64,000 nucleotides of DNA from an uncultured Verrucomicrobiae bacterium (GCA_963836755.1 CAWIKF010000001.1:480001-544000); one strand, 5' to 3'. Positions 49,112 to 58,788 are shown, counted from the stretch's first letter. The notes: a model not told the origin generated them from the sequence alone. Numbers and translations are program-made.

Positions 49112-50233
49112 TCAGACGCGTCGAAATCTTCGGCTCGCTTCGATATCGAGCTCGTCTGCTGAAGAAGCCGACGGCACCGGAAGCGGTATCAACACTGCAT
49201 CGGCGGGGATTTCGCGCCATCCGGCATCGTCGAAAAAAATCGTGCGGCGCTGGAGTTTGACGAAGATCTGGCGCAAGGGCTGCAGCGCAGCGACCGGCAG
49301 CGAAATTTCTGCGATGCGCCCGCGGATGCGGATCGCGGCGCGGCGCACCGGCTCGCCTGTGACGAGATTGAAAATTTGCGAGCATCGCGAGCTCGCTGGA
49401 AACTTGAGCGACCAGCGGACGCTGCCGGCGACGAGGCTTTCCATTGCGACCACGAGAATTAATCCGGCGAAAGTCGCCCGGCTGCGCGGCAAGCGGATGA
49501 TCAGCCGAAGCGCGCCGCGATGCTTGTTGCCGGAGATGATCGGATGAAAATGATCGAACTCAGCAGGTGCCGATGCGGCGTAAAAAATTTCATGCGCCTT
49601 CGCGTAAGCGGTGAAACGTTTTGCGCTCAGCGTCATCTGGCTTTCGTGACACAGAATTGCGTCGCGTTTCTGCTCGATTTCCTGCGGCCGCAAATGGAGG
49701 GTCCATTCGCGGCGCTCACCGCGGCGGCGCGGGAAATGGACGAGATAACGGAGTTGGCGCGGAGCGTGGTCGAGCCGCGCGAGCGCGAGTTGCGAGAGGA
49801 CGAAAAGCGCGCTGTGATCGGGATGTGTGTCGGTGCCGGAAGGGACCACGAGCAGCGTCGGGCGCCAGCCTTCGATCTCGCTGCAAAGCGTGCGCAGCGC
49901 GCCTTCATCGGCAGCGAGTAAAAGTCCGGTCACGCCTTGGTCGGGAAATCCTAAGAAGCGGGCGGCTTTTTTTGGCAGACCGAGCCGCGCCATGGCCGCG
50001 AGCGCTTCTCCACGGCGGCGGCGGCCCCAGCGGCGGCGATCGATCGCGCCAACTTTTAAACGACGTTCGACAACGCGTTGCGGCCACGGATTATCGTCGC
50101 CATCGGTCGCAAAGACGATGCGAACGGACGCGCCGGCGACGCGCGCGCGCTGGATGAGGCCGCTGTTGGCGAGAGCTTCGTCGTCCGGATGCGGAGCGAG
50201 GATGAGGATGCGATCGTGGGAGGTCAGTTTCAT
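49112..50233 (-). CDS. PIG-L / LmbE family N-deacetylase with a C-terminal extension
   Basis: LAPHPDDE, TDGD, R..EA, FLGFPD, DTHPDH and HESQ motifs. Confidence 0.9.
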   Translation of the reverse strand: MKLTSHDRILILAPHPDDEALANSGLIQRARVAGASVRIVFATDGDDNPWPQRVVERRLKVGAIDRRRWGRRRRGEALAAMARLGLPKKAARFLGFPDQGVTGLLLAADEGALRTLCSEIEGWRPTLLVVPSGTDTHPDHSALFVLSQLALARLDHAPRQLRYLVHFPRRRGERREWTLHLRPQEIEQKRDAILCHESQMTLSAKRFTAYAKAHEIFYAASAPAEFDHFHPIISGNKHRGALRLIIRLPRSRATFAGLILVVAMESLVAGSVRWSLKFPASSRCSQIFNLVTGEPVRRAAIRIRGRIAEISLPVAALQPLRQIFVKLQRRTIFFDDAGWREIPADAVLIPLPVPSASSADELDIEASRRFRRV

Positions 50234-51936
50234 TCGATTTTGCCGGTGGGATGAAAGCCGCGCTCGAGCGCCTGCGCCCAGACGAGCGTGATGGGTCCTG
50301 AGCCTTTGGTAACCTGCAATGTATGCGGGCCCGCGGTCAAGGTGCGTGCGCCGTGGATCGGCTGTCCATCAAGCGTGCCGTCGACTTCTCCATTTCCATC
50401 CACGACATCGTAGCGTGCTGGCCATAACGTCGTAAAAGTTGCAGCGGTGTTCAGCGCGAGCTGCGGGAATTTTTTTCCCGCGACCAAAATTCGTTTGCCG
50501 ACGGCGACGTAATTTTGATCGACAAATGCGTGATCGATTTCCGTCAGCCGCGCCGGCCTTACCACGCATGTGCCAGTGGCGACGAGCGCGGCGGGAATGC
50601 TGTCGTCGATGAGACCGTGCTTGATGCGCGCCATCGTCACGCCTTCGAGCACGTAATAAAAAGGCCGCTGCCGAAAAATGGTTTCGCCTTTTGCATCCAT
50701 GATGATTTGGTCGCGATCGACGAGGCGAAGAATTTCCTGGAGACGATCGGCGAAAGGTTTCGCGTCATCGGTGGCAAAGGGGAAGATGCGCGCGCACCAA
50801 AACATCTCGCCAATAATTAGCAAAACAGGCAGCGCATAATGAAGCACGGGATGAAACTTTTTCCCGAGCGACATCAGCCATCCAATGGCCGGCACCAGCG
50901 CCACGACAAGGATTGGGAGGATTGGCAAATTATCCTGCGACGTCACGAGCGGCCAATAACTGCGCAGAAACATGTAGGCAAAAACGGCCGTCAGCAAAAG
51001 AATTGCGCGGCGCGAGGCGATGAGGCGATCGGGATGCGAGCGCAAAATAAACCACGCGATCCCGAGCATCGGTGGAATCGAAAGTGGCAGGAGAAATTGG
51101 TGAAAGCCGAACGAGCGCCATTTTCCGAGACCGGGCATGGTGTTGTGCAGGATCACGCAATAATACATCTGCGGCAGCGCGCCATTCAGTGCGAAAAATG
51201 CGATGAGCATCGACGGCACGATGAGCGCGCCGAGAAGCGCGAGCGCGAGCGGTTTCCAAATTTGCGCCCCGCGAAATTTCTCGCCGGCAAATCGCCTCAG
51301 CACCAGGACGCACAGCGCCGCGAGGCCGAGTGAAAGCACGAGCAACGTTGTTTTCATGGAAGTCGCGAAGGCTGTCCCCATTACGAAGCCAAACCAAAAA
51401 GCGCGTCTGCCCTCAAATTTACCAAGTGTCAGAATCAGCATCGAGACGCACCAGAGCGCGGTCCACAAATCGTCGGTGCGAAATTCCACCGAGCAATAAA
51501 AGAAAGTTGGGATGAACGCCGCGAGCACGGCTGCGAGCAAGCCTCCGAGCCGATTCGCGAGCCGTTCACCCATCTTAAAAACTGTCCAGAGGCAGAGAAA
51601 AAACAGCGGGATCATCGCGAGCCGCATCGGGATGAGGATGTCCGCGCGCTCACCGAAGATGCGGAACAGCGGTGCGCAGAGCATTTGAAAAAGCGGGCTG
51701 TGGTTATCGAAAAGATCGCGGTATTGCAGCAGCCCGTTTGCCCATCCCCAGACAACGTGCAGATGCTGCGGCTCGTCGGAATCGACGCGGTAATGCATCG
51801 CCGCGACGATGCGCAGCCAGAGCACGAACAGCAAAAATGCAGCCGCAACACAGCGCTTCAAAATGAGCGACTGCGTGCGGCTGTCCCTTGGTTGAACGAC
51901 GGAAAAGACGGGGAGGGTGGTCGTGCCAATCTGCAT
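50230..51936 (-). CDS. GT-C fold membrane glycosyltransferase (ArnT/PMT, GT39/GT83-like)
   Basis: DSDEPQH in the first loop, YRDLFDNHSPL and EFRTDD motifs; about 11-13 TM segments plus a periplasmic C-terminal domain; stop overlaps the deacetylase start. Confidence 0.78.
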   Translation of the reverse strand: MQIGTTTLPVFSVVQPRDSRTQSLILKRCVAAAFLLFVLWLRIVAAMHYRVDSDEPQHLHVVWGWANGLLQYRDLFDNHSPLFQMLCAPLFRIFGERADILIPMRLAMIPLFFLCLWTVFKMGERLANRLGGLLAAVLAAFIPTFFYCSVEFRTDDLWTALWCVSMLILTLGKFEGRRAFWFGFVMGTAFATSMKTTLLVLSLGLAALCVLVLRRFAGEKFRGAQIWKPLALALLGALIVPSMLIAFFALNGALPQMYYCVILHNTMPGLGKWRSFGFHQFLLPLSIPPMLGIAWFILRSHPDRLIASRRAILLLTAVFAYMFLRSYWPLVTSQDNLPILPILVVALVPAIGWLMSLGKKFHPVLHYALPVLLIIGEMFWCARIFPFATDDAKPFADRLQEILRLVDRDQIIMDAKGETIFRQRPFYYVLEGVTMARIKHGLIDDSIPAALVATGTCVVRPARLTEIDHAFVDQNYVAVGKRILVAGKKFPQLALNTAATFTTLWPARYDVVDGNGEVDGTLDGQPIHGARTLTAGPHTLQVTKGSGPITLVWAQALERGFHPTGKIE

Positions 51937-51997
51937 TGGTGAGGATACTGGCGAGGCGCTGTAAAAATGCACTTTCCGCGCGGTGACAGTTTTGTAA

Positions 51998-53386
51998 TCA
52001 GGCTGCCGGCACGTGCAGCGAAAACAGGGAGCCTGCGCCGGGCGTGCTCTCAACTTCGCACCGGCCGGCGTGCGCTTGCGCGATGGCTTTGACGAGACTC
52101 AGCCCGAGCCCGAGCCCGCGCTGCGAACGGCTTTTGTCGCCACGATACAGCCGCTCCCAAACGTGCGGCATATCCTCACGCGGAATGCCGATGCCGGAAT
52201 CGCGCACGTCGATGATGATGCTGCCGTTTGCGCGGTGGCTCTCGATTTTCACTTCACCGCCCGCGGGCGTATATTTGACGGCGTTGTCCAAAAGATTTGC
52301 GATCGCCTGGCGGAGTCTGCTTTCGTCCGCGAGTGCCGGCCAGTCATCGGTCGCTGCGACGGAAAGATGAACCTGTTTTTCCTCCGCGACATCGCGGTAA
52401 AGATCGGCGACCTGCGCGACGATGGCGCCGACGGAAACTTTTTTCAAATCGAGCCGCATCGCGCCGGTCTCGGCCTCGGAGATGTCCATCAAGGTGTTCA
52501 ACATCGTGATCACGCGTTCCGATTCCTCGATGCAATCCGCGAGCGCTTCCTGCGCCGTTTTCACATCGCGTGGATATTGCAGCGCCATCTCGGCGTGCCC
52601 GCGCAGACGCGCGAGCGGTGTCCGCAAATCGTGTGCAACGTTGTCGAGCACGTTTCGCATTCCTTTGATGAGCGCGTCGATGCGCTCGAGCATTTGATTG
52701 AAGGAAACTACGAGCTCGCGCAGCTCATCGGCAGTTTTTCGCGGCGAAATTCGAGCGTCCATTTTTCCCGTGTCGATGATCGCGCGCACCGCGTCGTTGA
52801 GCTGGCGAATCGGCGCCAGCACACGCTGCCCGATTAATGCGCCGCCGATGAGCGCGAGCAAAATCACAGGCAAGATGACAGCTGCGCAGACGCCGCGAAA
52901 GTGATTGAGAAACGCCTGGCGATGCTGCGTGTCGTGGCCGACCTGCAGGAAATTTCCGTCGCCCATCTGCATGTTCATCAGCTCCATCCCAGGCTCGCCG
53001 GGGATTTCAAAAATCGTCCACCGGTCGACTGTGGGCCTTTCGTGCTCGGACATCTCCAGAGTTTTTGCCCCAAAGTTGCTGCTGTCCGGCGCCGCCGCGA
53101 AAAGCGTGTGATTCGTGCCATCGGCGACACGGACGAAAAAGCCGTTTCCGTGTTTCTCGAGGATGACTTTGCGCAACTCGCGGATGCCGTCTTCATGATA
53201 TTCTCCGGCGAGTTCCTTGAGCTTCGCATGAATGATTGCGCGGTCGCTTTTTCGCAGCGTCGATTCGAGAGAGAAATCGACGAGGTAAAAAAGCGTCAGC
53301 GCACTGAGCACGAAAAATCCGCAATACCAGGCCGTGAGCCGCGCGCTGACGGTGCGGCGCAGGAGATCACGCAGCCCTGATAACAT
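51998..53386 (-). CDS. Membrane sensor histidine kinase (HAMP-HisKA-HATPase; CusS/HprS-like)
   Basis: Two TM segments, HAMP (DEL..L..SFNQML), AHDLRTPL, NLLDNAVKY, DSGIGI and GLGLGL motifs. Confidence 0.93.
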   Translation of the reverse strand: MLSGLRDLLRRTVSARLTAWYCGFFVLSALTLFYLVDFSLESTLRKSDRAIIHAKLKELAGEYHEDGIRELRKVILEKHGNGFFVRVADGTNHTLFAAAPDSSNFGAKTLEMSEHERPTVDRWTIFEIPGEPGMELMNMQMGDGNFLQVGHDTQHRQAFLNHFRGVCAAVILPVILLALIGGALIGQRVLAPIRQLNDAVRAIIDTGKMDARISPRKTADELRELVVSFNQMLERIDALIKGMRNVLDNVAHDLRTPLARLRGHAEMALQYPRDVKTAQEALADCIEESERVITMLNTLMDISEAETGAMRLDLKKVSVGAIVAQVADLYRDVAEEKQVHLSVAATDDWPALADESRLRQAIANLLDNAVKYTPAGGEVKIESHRANGSIIIDVRDSGIGIPREDMPHVWERLYRGDKSRSQRGLGLGLSLVKAIAQAHAGRCEVESTPGAGSLFSLHVPAA

Positions 53387-54041
53387 AGCCGACCCCGCGA
53401 ATCGTGTGGATCAAAGGCGCGTCAAAGTTGCGGTCGATCTTCGTGCGAAGCCGGCAGACGAGCACGTCCACGACATTCGTCTGCGGATCGAAATGGTAAT
53501 TCCAGACGTGCTCCATGATGAGCGTTTTGGAGACGACGCGATCGGCGTTGCGCATGAAATATTCCAGCAGCGAAAATTCCCGCGGCTGCAATTCGATTTC
53601 TTCGCCGCCCCGCTCAACCCTGTGTTTGAGCAGATCGAGCGAAAGATCGCCAACGGTCAGTTTCGACGGCTCAGCCTGATCGGTCGCGCGGCGGATGAGC
53701 GCGTTCACGCGCGCGAGCAATTCCGAAAATGCGAACGGTTTTGTGAGATAATCGTCGCATCCGATTTCCAAACCTTTCACGCGATCATCCACCGAGCGCC
53801 GCGCGGTCAGCGCGATCACGGGCGTTTGGATTTTTTCGCGCCGCACGCATTCGATTAATTTCAGCCCATCGATTTGCGGCAGCATCAGATCGACAATCGC
53901 CGCGTCGTATTTTTCGTGCAACGCAAAGTGGAGTCCGTCGCGTCCATTCGCCGCGTGATCGACGGCAAAGCCCGCCTCTTTTAATCCGCGCAGAACGAAT
54001 GACGCGATCTTCTGGTCATCTTCGACGAGGAGCAAACGCAT
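53367..54041 (-). CDS. OmpR family response regulator (CusR/CopR/HprR-like)
   Basis: MRLLLVEDD, DLMLPQIDG, DDYLTKPFAFSELLARV, HVWNYHFDPQTNVVDV and IHTIRGVGY motifs. Confidence 0.94.
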   Translation of the reverse strand: MRLLLVEDDQKIASFVLRGLKEAGFAVDHAANGRDGLHFALHEKYDAAIVDLMLPQIDGLKLIECVRREKIQTPVIALTARRSVDDRVKGLEIGCDDYLTKPFAFSELLARVNALIRRATDQAEPSKLTVGDLSLDLLKHRVERGGEEIELQPREFSLLEYFMRNADRVVSKTLIMEHVWNYHFDPQTNVVDVLVCRLRTKIDRNFDAPLIHTIRGVGYVIRAA

Positions 54042-54084
54042 TTGAAAAGTATCACGTGTTTGTTGTGCGGCGGCAACGTTGCGC

Positions 54085-54104
54085 CGATTACAAATGTGTA
54101 ATCG
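54085..54104. promoter_or_regulatory. Palindromic CusR/CopR/HprR-type operator
   Basis: Perfect inverted repeat CGATTACA-AATG-TGTAATCG about 44 nt upstream of the response regulator start; resembles the ATTACA-N4-TGTAAT boxes of this regulator subfamily. Confidence 0.75.
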
Positions 54105-54205
54105 AGCGTTAAAACTCCGCTTAACGGTGGCCGCCGGGCTTTGCTCGATGCCCCTTTTTTGCGCAATCTCTCGTTGACAAAAATCGGCGCGGGGCGTTAG
54201 GCCTG

Positions 54206-54219
54206 TGTTCGGTTGAACA
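54206..54219. promoter_or_regulatory. Second LexA (SOS) box
   Basis: TGTTC-GGTT-GAACA with arms identical to the lexA operator; lies downstream of a perfect TTGACA (54174-54179) and 11 nt before the ATG at 54231. Confidence 0.78.
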
Positions 54220-54230
54220 TACAATTTGAA

Positions 54231-55037
54231 ATGGAAAGGACCAGCTCAGCCGAGCGCGTGTTGGGAACGCTGGAAACGAACAGCTCCTACCGTCTGCTCT
54301 TTGAAAAAAATCCGCAGCTGATGTGGGTTTTTGATGAGGATTCGCTCCGTTTTCTCGCGGTGAACGACGCCGCGATACGGCATTACGGCTACACGCGCGA
54401 AGAATTTTTGCGCATGACTGTGAAAGACGTGCGGCCGCAATCCGAGCTGCCGGGCATGCTTGAATTTCGCTCGCAGCTCACGCTCGCGTTCATGGAATTC
54501 GGCGCGCCGACGCAATGGACGCACCGGAAAAAGGACGGCACGCTCATCGAGGTCGAATGCAAAGGCGCGAGCATTCTTTTCAATGGCGCGAACACGCGGC
54601 TGATCATCATCGAAGACATCACCGAGCGGATCAAGAATGCCGCGCGGCTGCGGGAGATGGCGGAAAATTTTCAAATTTTTTTCGACGGCGCATCCGAAGG
54701 AATTGCGATTCACGACGCCGGGACGATTCTCGCTGCGAATGCGGCGCTCGCGACGCTGCTGGGATGCGCTGAGCACGGTTGCGTCGGCGAATCGCTACTT
54801 GATTACGCGGCGCCGGAGTCGCGCTACCAACTCCTCTCGTGCTTTCGCACCGCGAGCGTCGCGCCCGTGGAATTTTCGCTGCTGCGCAATGATGGATCGC
54901 GCGTTCGCGTGCTGGGCACGAGCCGCAGCGTCCGCTTTCACGGAAGGATGGCGCATGTTTTACTTCTGCACGACATTAGCGCGCGCGCCTTCGAGGATTT
55001 TTCCGACTGCCTGCGAGGGCTCGATCGGGTCGAGTAA
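54231..55037 (+). CDS. Tandem PAS-domain protein with no output domain
   Basis: PAS1 YRLLFEKNP..MWVFD...FLAVNDAA..HYGY.REEF..M...HRKKDG...EDITER; PAS2 ends LLHDIS about 17 aa before the stop. Confidence 0.85.
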   Translation: MERTSSAERVLGTLETNSSYRLLFEKNPQLMWVFDEDSLRFLAVNDAAIRHYGYTREEFLRMTVKDVRPQSELPGMLEFRSQLTLAFMEFGAPTQWTHRKKDGTLIEVECKGASILFNGANTRLIIIEDITERIKNAARLREMAENFQIFFDGASEGIAIHDAGTILAANAALATLLGCAEHGCVGESLLDYAAPESRYQLLSCFRTASVAPVEFSLLRNDGSRVRVLGTSRSVRFHGRMAHVLLLHDISARAFEDFSDCLRGLDRVE

Positions 55038-55142
55038 ACTTTGACGCCACAGGCATAAGGCTGCGCGAGGAATGGTCGCGGCGTTTGAGAAGGCTTCCTT
55101 GCCCTGCCAAACCCCGCGTGATACCGTGCGTCCCTTTTTCTT

Positions 55143-56333
55143 ATGGCCACCAGCATTATCGACCCCAGCCGGCTCGACAAAATCGAGTTCAGCAATGACG
55201 AGATCGCCCGCTACTCGCGCCATCTCATCATGCCGGAGGTCACCCTCGAGGGCCAGAAACGGCTCAAGGCCGCGAGCGTTTTATGCATCGGCACCGGCGG
55301 TCTCGGCTCGCCGATCGCGCTTTATCTAGCGGCCGCCGGCATCGGGCGGCTCGGGCTCGTCGATGGCGACATCGTCGATTTTTCCAATCTCCAGCGCCAG
55401 ATTTTGCACGGGACAAAAGATGTCGGCCGCAAAAAACTCAACTCAGCGCGCGACCGCATCCGCGAGGTGAATCCGAACGTCCAGATCGATCTCCACGACA
55501 CGATGTTCACGAGCGAAAACGCGCGCGAAATTGCCGCGGACTATGACCTCGTCATCGACGGCACGGACAATTTTCCTACGCGCTATTTGTCGAACGACAT
55601 CTGCGTCTTTCTAAAAAAGCCAAACATCTACGGCTCCATCTTTCGCTTCGAAGGCCAGTGCACCGTCTTCGCGCCGCATCTCGGCGGCCCGTGCTATCGC
55701 TGTTTGATTCCGGAGCCGCCGCCGCCGGGCCTCGTCCCGAGCTGCGCGGAAGGCGGTGTGCTCGGCGTGCTGCCCGGAATCATCGGCGTGATGCAGGCGA
55801 TCGAGGCGGTGAAACTCATCATCGGCATTGGCGAACCGCTGCTCGGCCGGATGATCGCGTTCGACGCGTTGAAGATGGAGTTTCGCCAGTTCAAATTGCG
55901 TCGCGATCCGAAGTGCCCGGTCTGCGGAGAAAATCCGACCATCACCGAGCTGATCGACTACGATCAATTCTGCGGCATCCCGCAGGCAGCGGCCGCGGAA
56001 GCAGCAGAGGAGCCGATTCCCACGATTTCCGTGCACGATTTAAAACGCAAACTTGAGGCGAAGGAACCGTTCGTGCTCGTCGATGTTCGCGAAGGTTTTG
56101 AATACGAGATCGCGCGGATTCCTGGGTCAAAATTGATCCCGCTCGGCGAGCTTCCTTCGCGCATGAGCGAGCTCGACAGCGCGGACGAGATTGTTTTGCA
56201 CTGTAAAACAGGCGGTCGCAGTGGGAAAGCCCTCAAACTTTTACGCGAAGCCGGTTTTGCGAAGCTCTGGAACGTCGAGGGCGGCATCACCGCGTGGGCT
56301 GATGAGATTGATCCGGCTGTCCCGAAATATTGA
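55143..56333 (+). CDS. moeB: Molybdopterin-synthase adenylyltransferase MoeB/MoeZ (ThiF + rhodanese)
   Basis: RYSRHL, GTGGLGSP, SNLQRQ, DGTDNF, CYRC and CPVC motifs; C-terminal rhodanese with HCKTGGRS. Confidence 0.92.
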   Translation: MATSIIDPSRLDKIEFSNDEIARYSRHLIMPEVTLEGQKRLKAASVLCIGTGGLGSPIALYLAAAGIGRLGLVDGDIVDFSNLQRQILHGTKDVGRKKLNSARDRIREVNPNVQIDLHDTMFTSENAREIAADYDLVIDGTDNFPTRYLSNDICVFLKKPNIYGSIFRFEGQCTVFAPHLGGPCYRCLIPEPPPPGLVPSCAEGGVLGVLPGIIGVMQAIEAVKLIIGIGEPLLGRMIAFDALKMEFRQFKLRRDPKCPVCGENPTITELIDYDQFCGIPQAAAAEAAEEPIPTISVHDLKRKLEAKEPFVLVDVREGFEYEIARIPGSKLIPLGELPSRMSELDSADEIVLHCKTGGRSGKALKLLREAGFAKLWNVEGGITAWADEIDPAVPKY

Positions 56334-57386
56334 TCAGAGCGGCTTTTCCAAGCCCGCTGTCGCCCGCATCAGTTCGTCGCGAAAGTCCATTTCATCATGG
56401 TCCCCGAGGTATTGCATGAGGAATGGATTCACTGCACCGCGCCGGAGCACGCCGGTGAAGACCATTGGATACGGCCCGCGATAAATCACGTCGTTCACCC
56501 GCAGTTTCTCCTCGAGGATGCGCCGCATTTTCTTGTGCGAGATTTCCGTGAGCCACGGATAATCGCGGTTAAACTTTTTCTTCAAGCGACGGCGGCGTTC
56601 CTTCCGCCAAAGTTTCAGCCGCTCCCAATCGACGCCAATTTTTCGCGCCGATGCGCGCGCTTCTTCGCCGGTGATCCAGCGCGCGAGTGAATGCGCCGCG
56701 CGCGCGCCGCTCATGCTCGCTCGTCGCAGCGCCCGCGCGGCAAAGGAGAGGGGACGCATTTCCATTTCGCTGCCGCAAATCCGTAATGCGCTCGTTTTCC
56801 ACTCGTCTGGAAAAGCGGCGTGGGGATCGCCGGAGAGCCGTTCAAAATCCCACGGACTTTTTCCCGGCGGCGACATCGCGAGAAAATGCAGCGTCATTTT
56901 TTCCAGCACGTCGAGCTGCCAGAGCGCCGGATGCAGCGCGAACTTTGACGTGAACGAACGGTCGAGGCGCATCGGATGAAAGCCGCCATGCCGCTCGACT
57001 TTCCCCACCACGCGCCGCGGATGATCCCAGCCTTGCAAGCTCATGCAGACGGCCCCGCATTGCTCGAGCAACGCGGGGATCGTTTCGTTGAGATGCCGCG
57101 CGTGGCACGTGCCAAGCGGCGGATGATCGTCGAGAATCAAATAAACCAGCCGCACACCTTTCGCACGCAGATCGGCGCACGCATCGGCGAGGATTGCCAT
57201 CCAGTTCGCTGGGGAACTTTTCAGCGGTAAGAATTGTGTCTCGGTGCTCGCCACTCCCGCGAAGAAAATTGGCGGATGCTGCGGCCAGCATTCTGCGATG
57301 CGGCGCGCGGTGACACGCGCGAGTGGCAGACATCGAGCAAACGTCGGGATCAGAATCGCTAAAGGCGAGCGCGTTTGCATACGCAT
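56334..57386 (-). CDS. Hypothetical protein, possible GT-A fold glycosyltransferase
   Basis: YLILDDH acidic motif after a beta strand; LHPALW and SPWDFE motifs; co-oriented directly downstream of rffA. Confidence 0.55.
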   Translation of the reverse strand: MRMQTRSPLAILIPTFARCLPLARVTARRIAECWPQHPPIFFAGVASTETQFLPLKSSPANWMAILADACADLRAKGVRLVYLILDDHPPLGTCHARHLNETIPALLEQCGAVCMSLQGWDHPRRVVGKVERHGGFHPMRLDRSFTSKFALHPALWQLDVLEKMTLHFLAMSPPGKSPWDFERLSGDPHAAFPDEWKTSALRICGSEMEMRPLSFAARALRRASMSGARAAHSLARWITGEEARASARKIGVDWERLKLWRKERRRRLKKKFNRDYPWLTEISHKKMRRILEEKLRVNDVIYRGPYPMVFTGVLRRGAVNPFLMQYLGDHDEMDFRDELMRATAGLEKPL

Positions 57387-57429
57387 GATCGTGGCGCGGA
57401 ATTGCGACGCACACGAATTTGATACAGTT

Positions 57430-58578
57430 TCAGCCTACTTTGAATTGCGTGGTCAAGGCTACGATTTCGTCCTGCTCGGATTGGCCCAGGTCGGTGTAAA
57501 ACGGTAGCCGCAGCAGGCGATCACTAATCTCTTCCGTCACTGGACATTGCCCAGGTGCTCCCCCAAACCGTCTCCCCATCTGTGATAAATGCAGCGGGAG
57601 GTAGTGAAAGGCGCTCACAATACCGTTGGTTTTTAGTTTCCTGATCAATCGCTGCCGTGCGTCCAGCGAAGGGAGGAGGATATAAAACATGTGATACGGC
57701 TGTTCACATTCGACCGGAATGTTCGGCAAGCCAACTCCATTCTCGACTGCCCAATCGGACAGGTGCTCGAAGTAAAAATCCCAGATCCGCCGACGATTGC
57801 CAAGGATGCGTTCGCGCGCCTCGAGTTGCGCGTATAAATACGCGGCCAGAAGATCGGATGGGAGATAGCTCGACCCGATATCCACCCAATTGTATTTGTC
57901 CACCTCGCCACGGAAGAACCGGGTTCGATCGGTGCCTTTTTCGCGGATGATCTCCGCCCGCTCGATGAGCGCCGGGTCATTGATGAATAATGCGCCGCCT
58001 TCACCGCACGAGAAGTTTTTGGTCTCGTGGAACGAAACGGCCGCCATGCGGCCGAAAGATCCGAGGGGTTGACCGCGGTATTTTCCGAAAAGGCCATGTG
58101 CATTATCCTCGACGACTGCGATGCCTCGGCGGGTGGAGATGTCCATGATCCGGTCCATCGCGCAGCCAACTCCGCCATAGTGCACCGGAACGATTGCCTT
58201 GGTATGCGCTGTGATCAGTTCCTCGACATGCACTTCATCGATGTTCAGCGTGTCGCGGCGGATATCCGCAAAGATGGGTCGCGCGCCGCGCAGGGCAAAA
58301 GCGTTCGCCGTTGAGACAAACGTGAACGATGGCACGATGACTTCGTCGCCTTCCTGAAGATTCAGGAGAAGTGCCGACATCTCAAAGGCGTGAGTGCAGG
58401 ACGTAGTCAGAAACGCCTTGCTTACTCCGAGCAGCTCCTCGAGCAGGCGATGACACTTTTCCGTGTAGCGCCCGTCGCCCGAGGTTTGCCCTTGGGAGAA
58501 TACATCGGCGATATATTCCAGTTCGGGACCAGCGAGTGAAGGTTTGTTAAAAGGGACACGAATCGCCGACATATCCAT
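57430..58578 (-). CDS. rffA: dTDP-4-amino-4,6-dideoxygalactose transaminase (DegT/WecE family)
   Basis: PFNKP, LTTSCTHA.EM, FTFVSTANAF, VEDNAHG, SFHETKN (PLP Lys) GEGG, REKGTDR.RF.RG.VDKY.WVD.GSS and FHY.PLH motifs. Confidence 0.92.
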   Translation of the reverse strand: MDMSAIRVPFNKPSLAGPELEYIADVFSQGQTSGDGRYTEKCHRLLEELLGVSKAFLTTSCTHAFEMSALLLNLQEGDEVIVPSFTFVSTANAFALRGARPIFADIRRDTLNIDEVHVEELITAHTKAIVPVHYGGVGCAMDRIMDISTRRGIAVVEDNAHGLFGKYRGQPLGSFGRMAAVSFHETKNFSCGEGGALFINDPALIERAEIIREKGTDRTRFFRGEVDKYNWVDIGSSYLPSDLLAAYLYAQLEARERILGNRRRIWDFYFEHLSDWAVENGVGLPNIPVECEQPYHMFYILLPSLDARQRLIRKLKTNGIVSAFHYLPLHLSQMGRRFGGAPGQCPVTEEISDRLLRLPFYTDLGQSEQDEIVALTTQFKVG

Positions 58579-58788
58579 TAGCCACCCAAGGTATCGGAAA
58601 GACTATTGAGCACTTCACTGGCGCGTCTCTGTGTCCCCTTATCTTCGAATTTGACTTCCTCCATTAGAAACTTCCTCCAGTTAAAAGCTGCCATCGCGTG
58701 ACCCGGCGTGCGCAGCATTTATACGTAACATAGCGTTCTTGCAACAATGAACGCGCTCTTGCGGATCGTTCCCCAAGATCATGCGCAA

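Noticed and set aside
53367..54224. 61-aa N-terminal extension of the response regulator suggested by the ORF track (similar extensions for ilvB, csbD, lexA and several GTs)
   Set aside because: Family homology starts at downstream ATG/GTG codons, and the extensions run through promoter/operator sequence or neighbouring genes.
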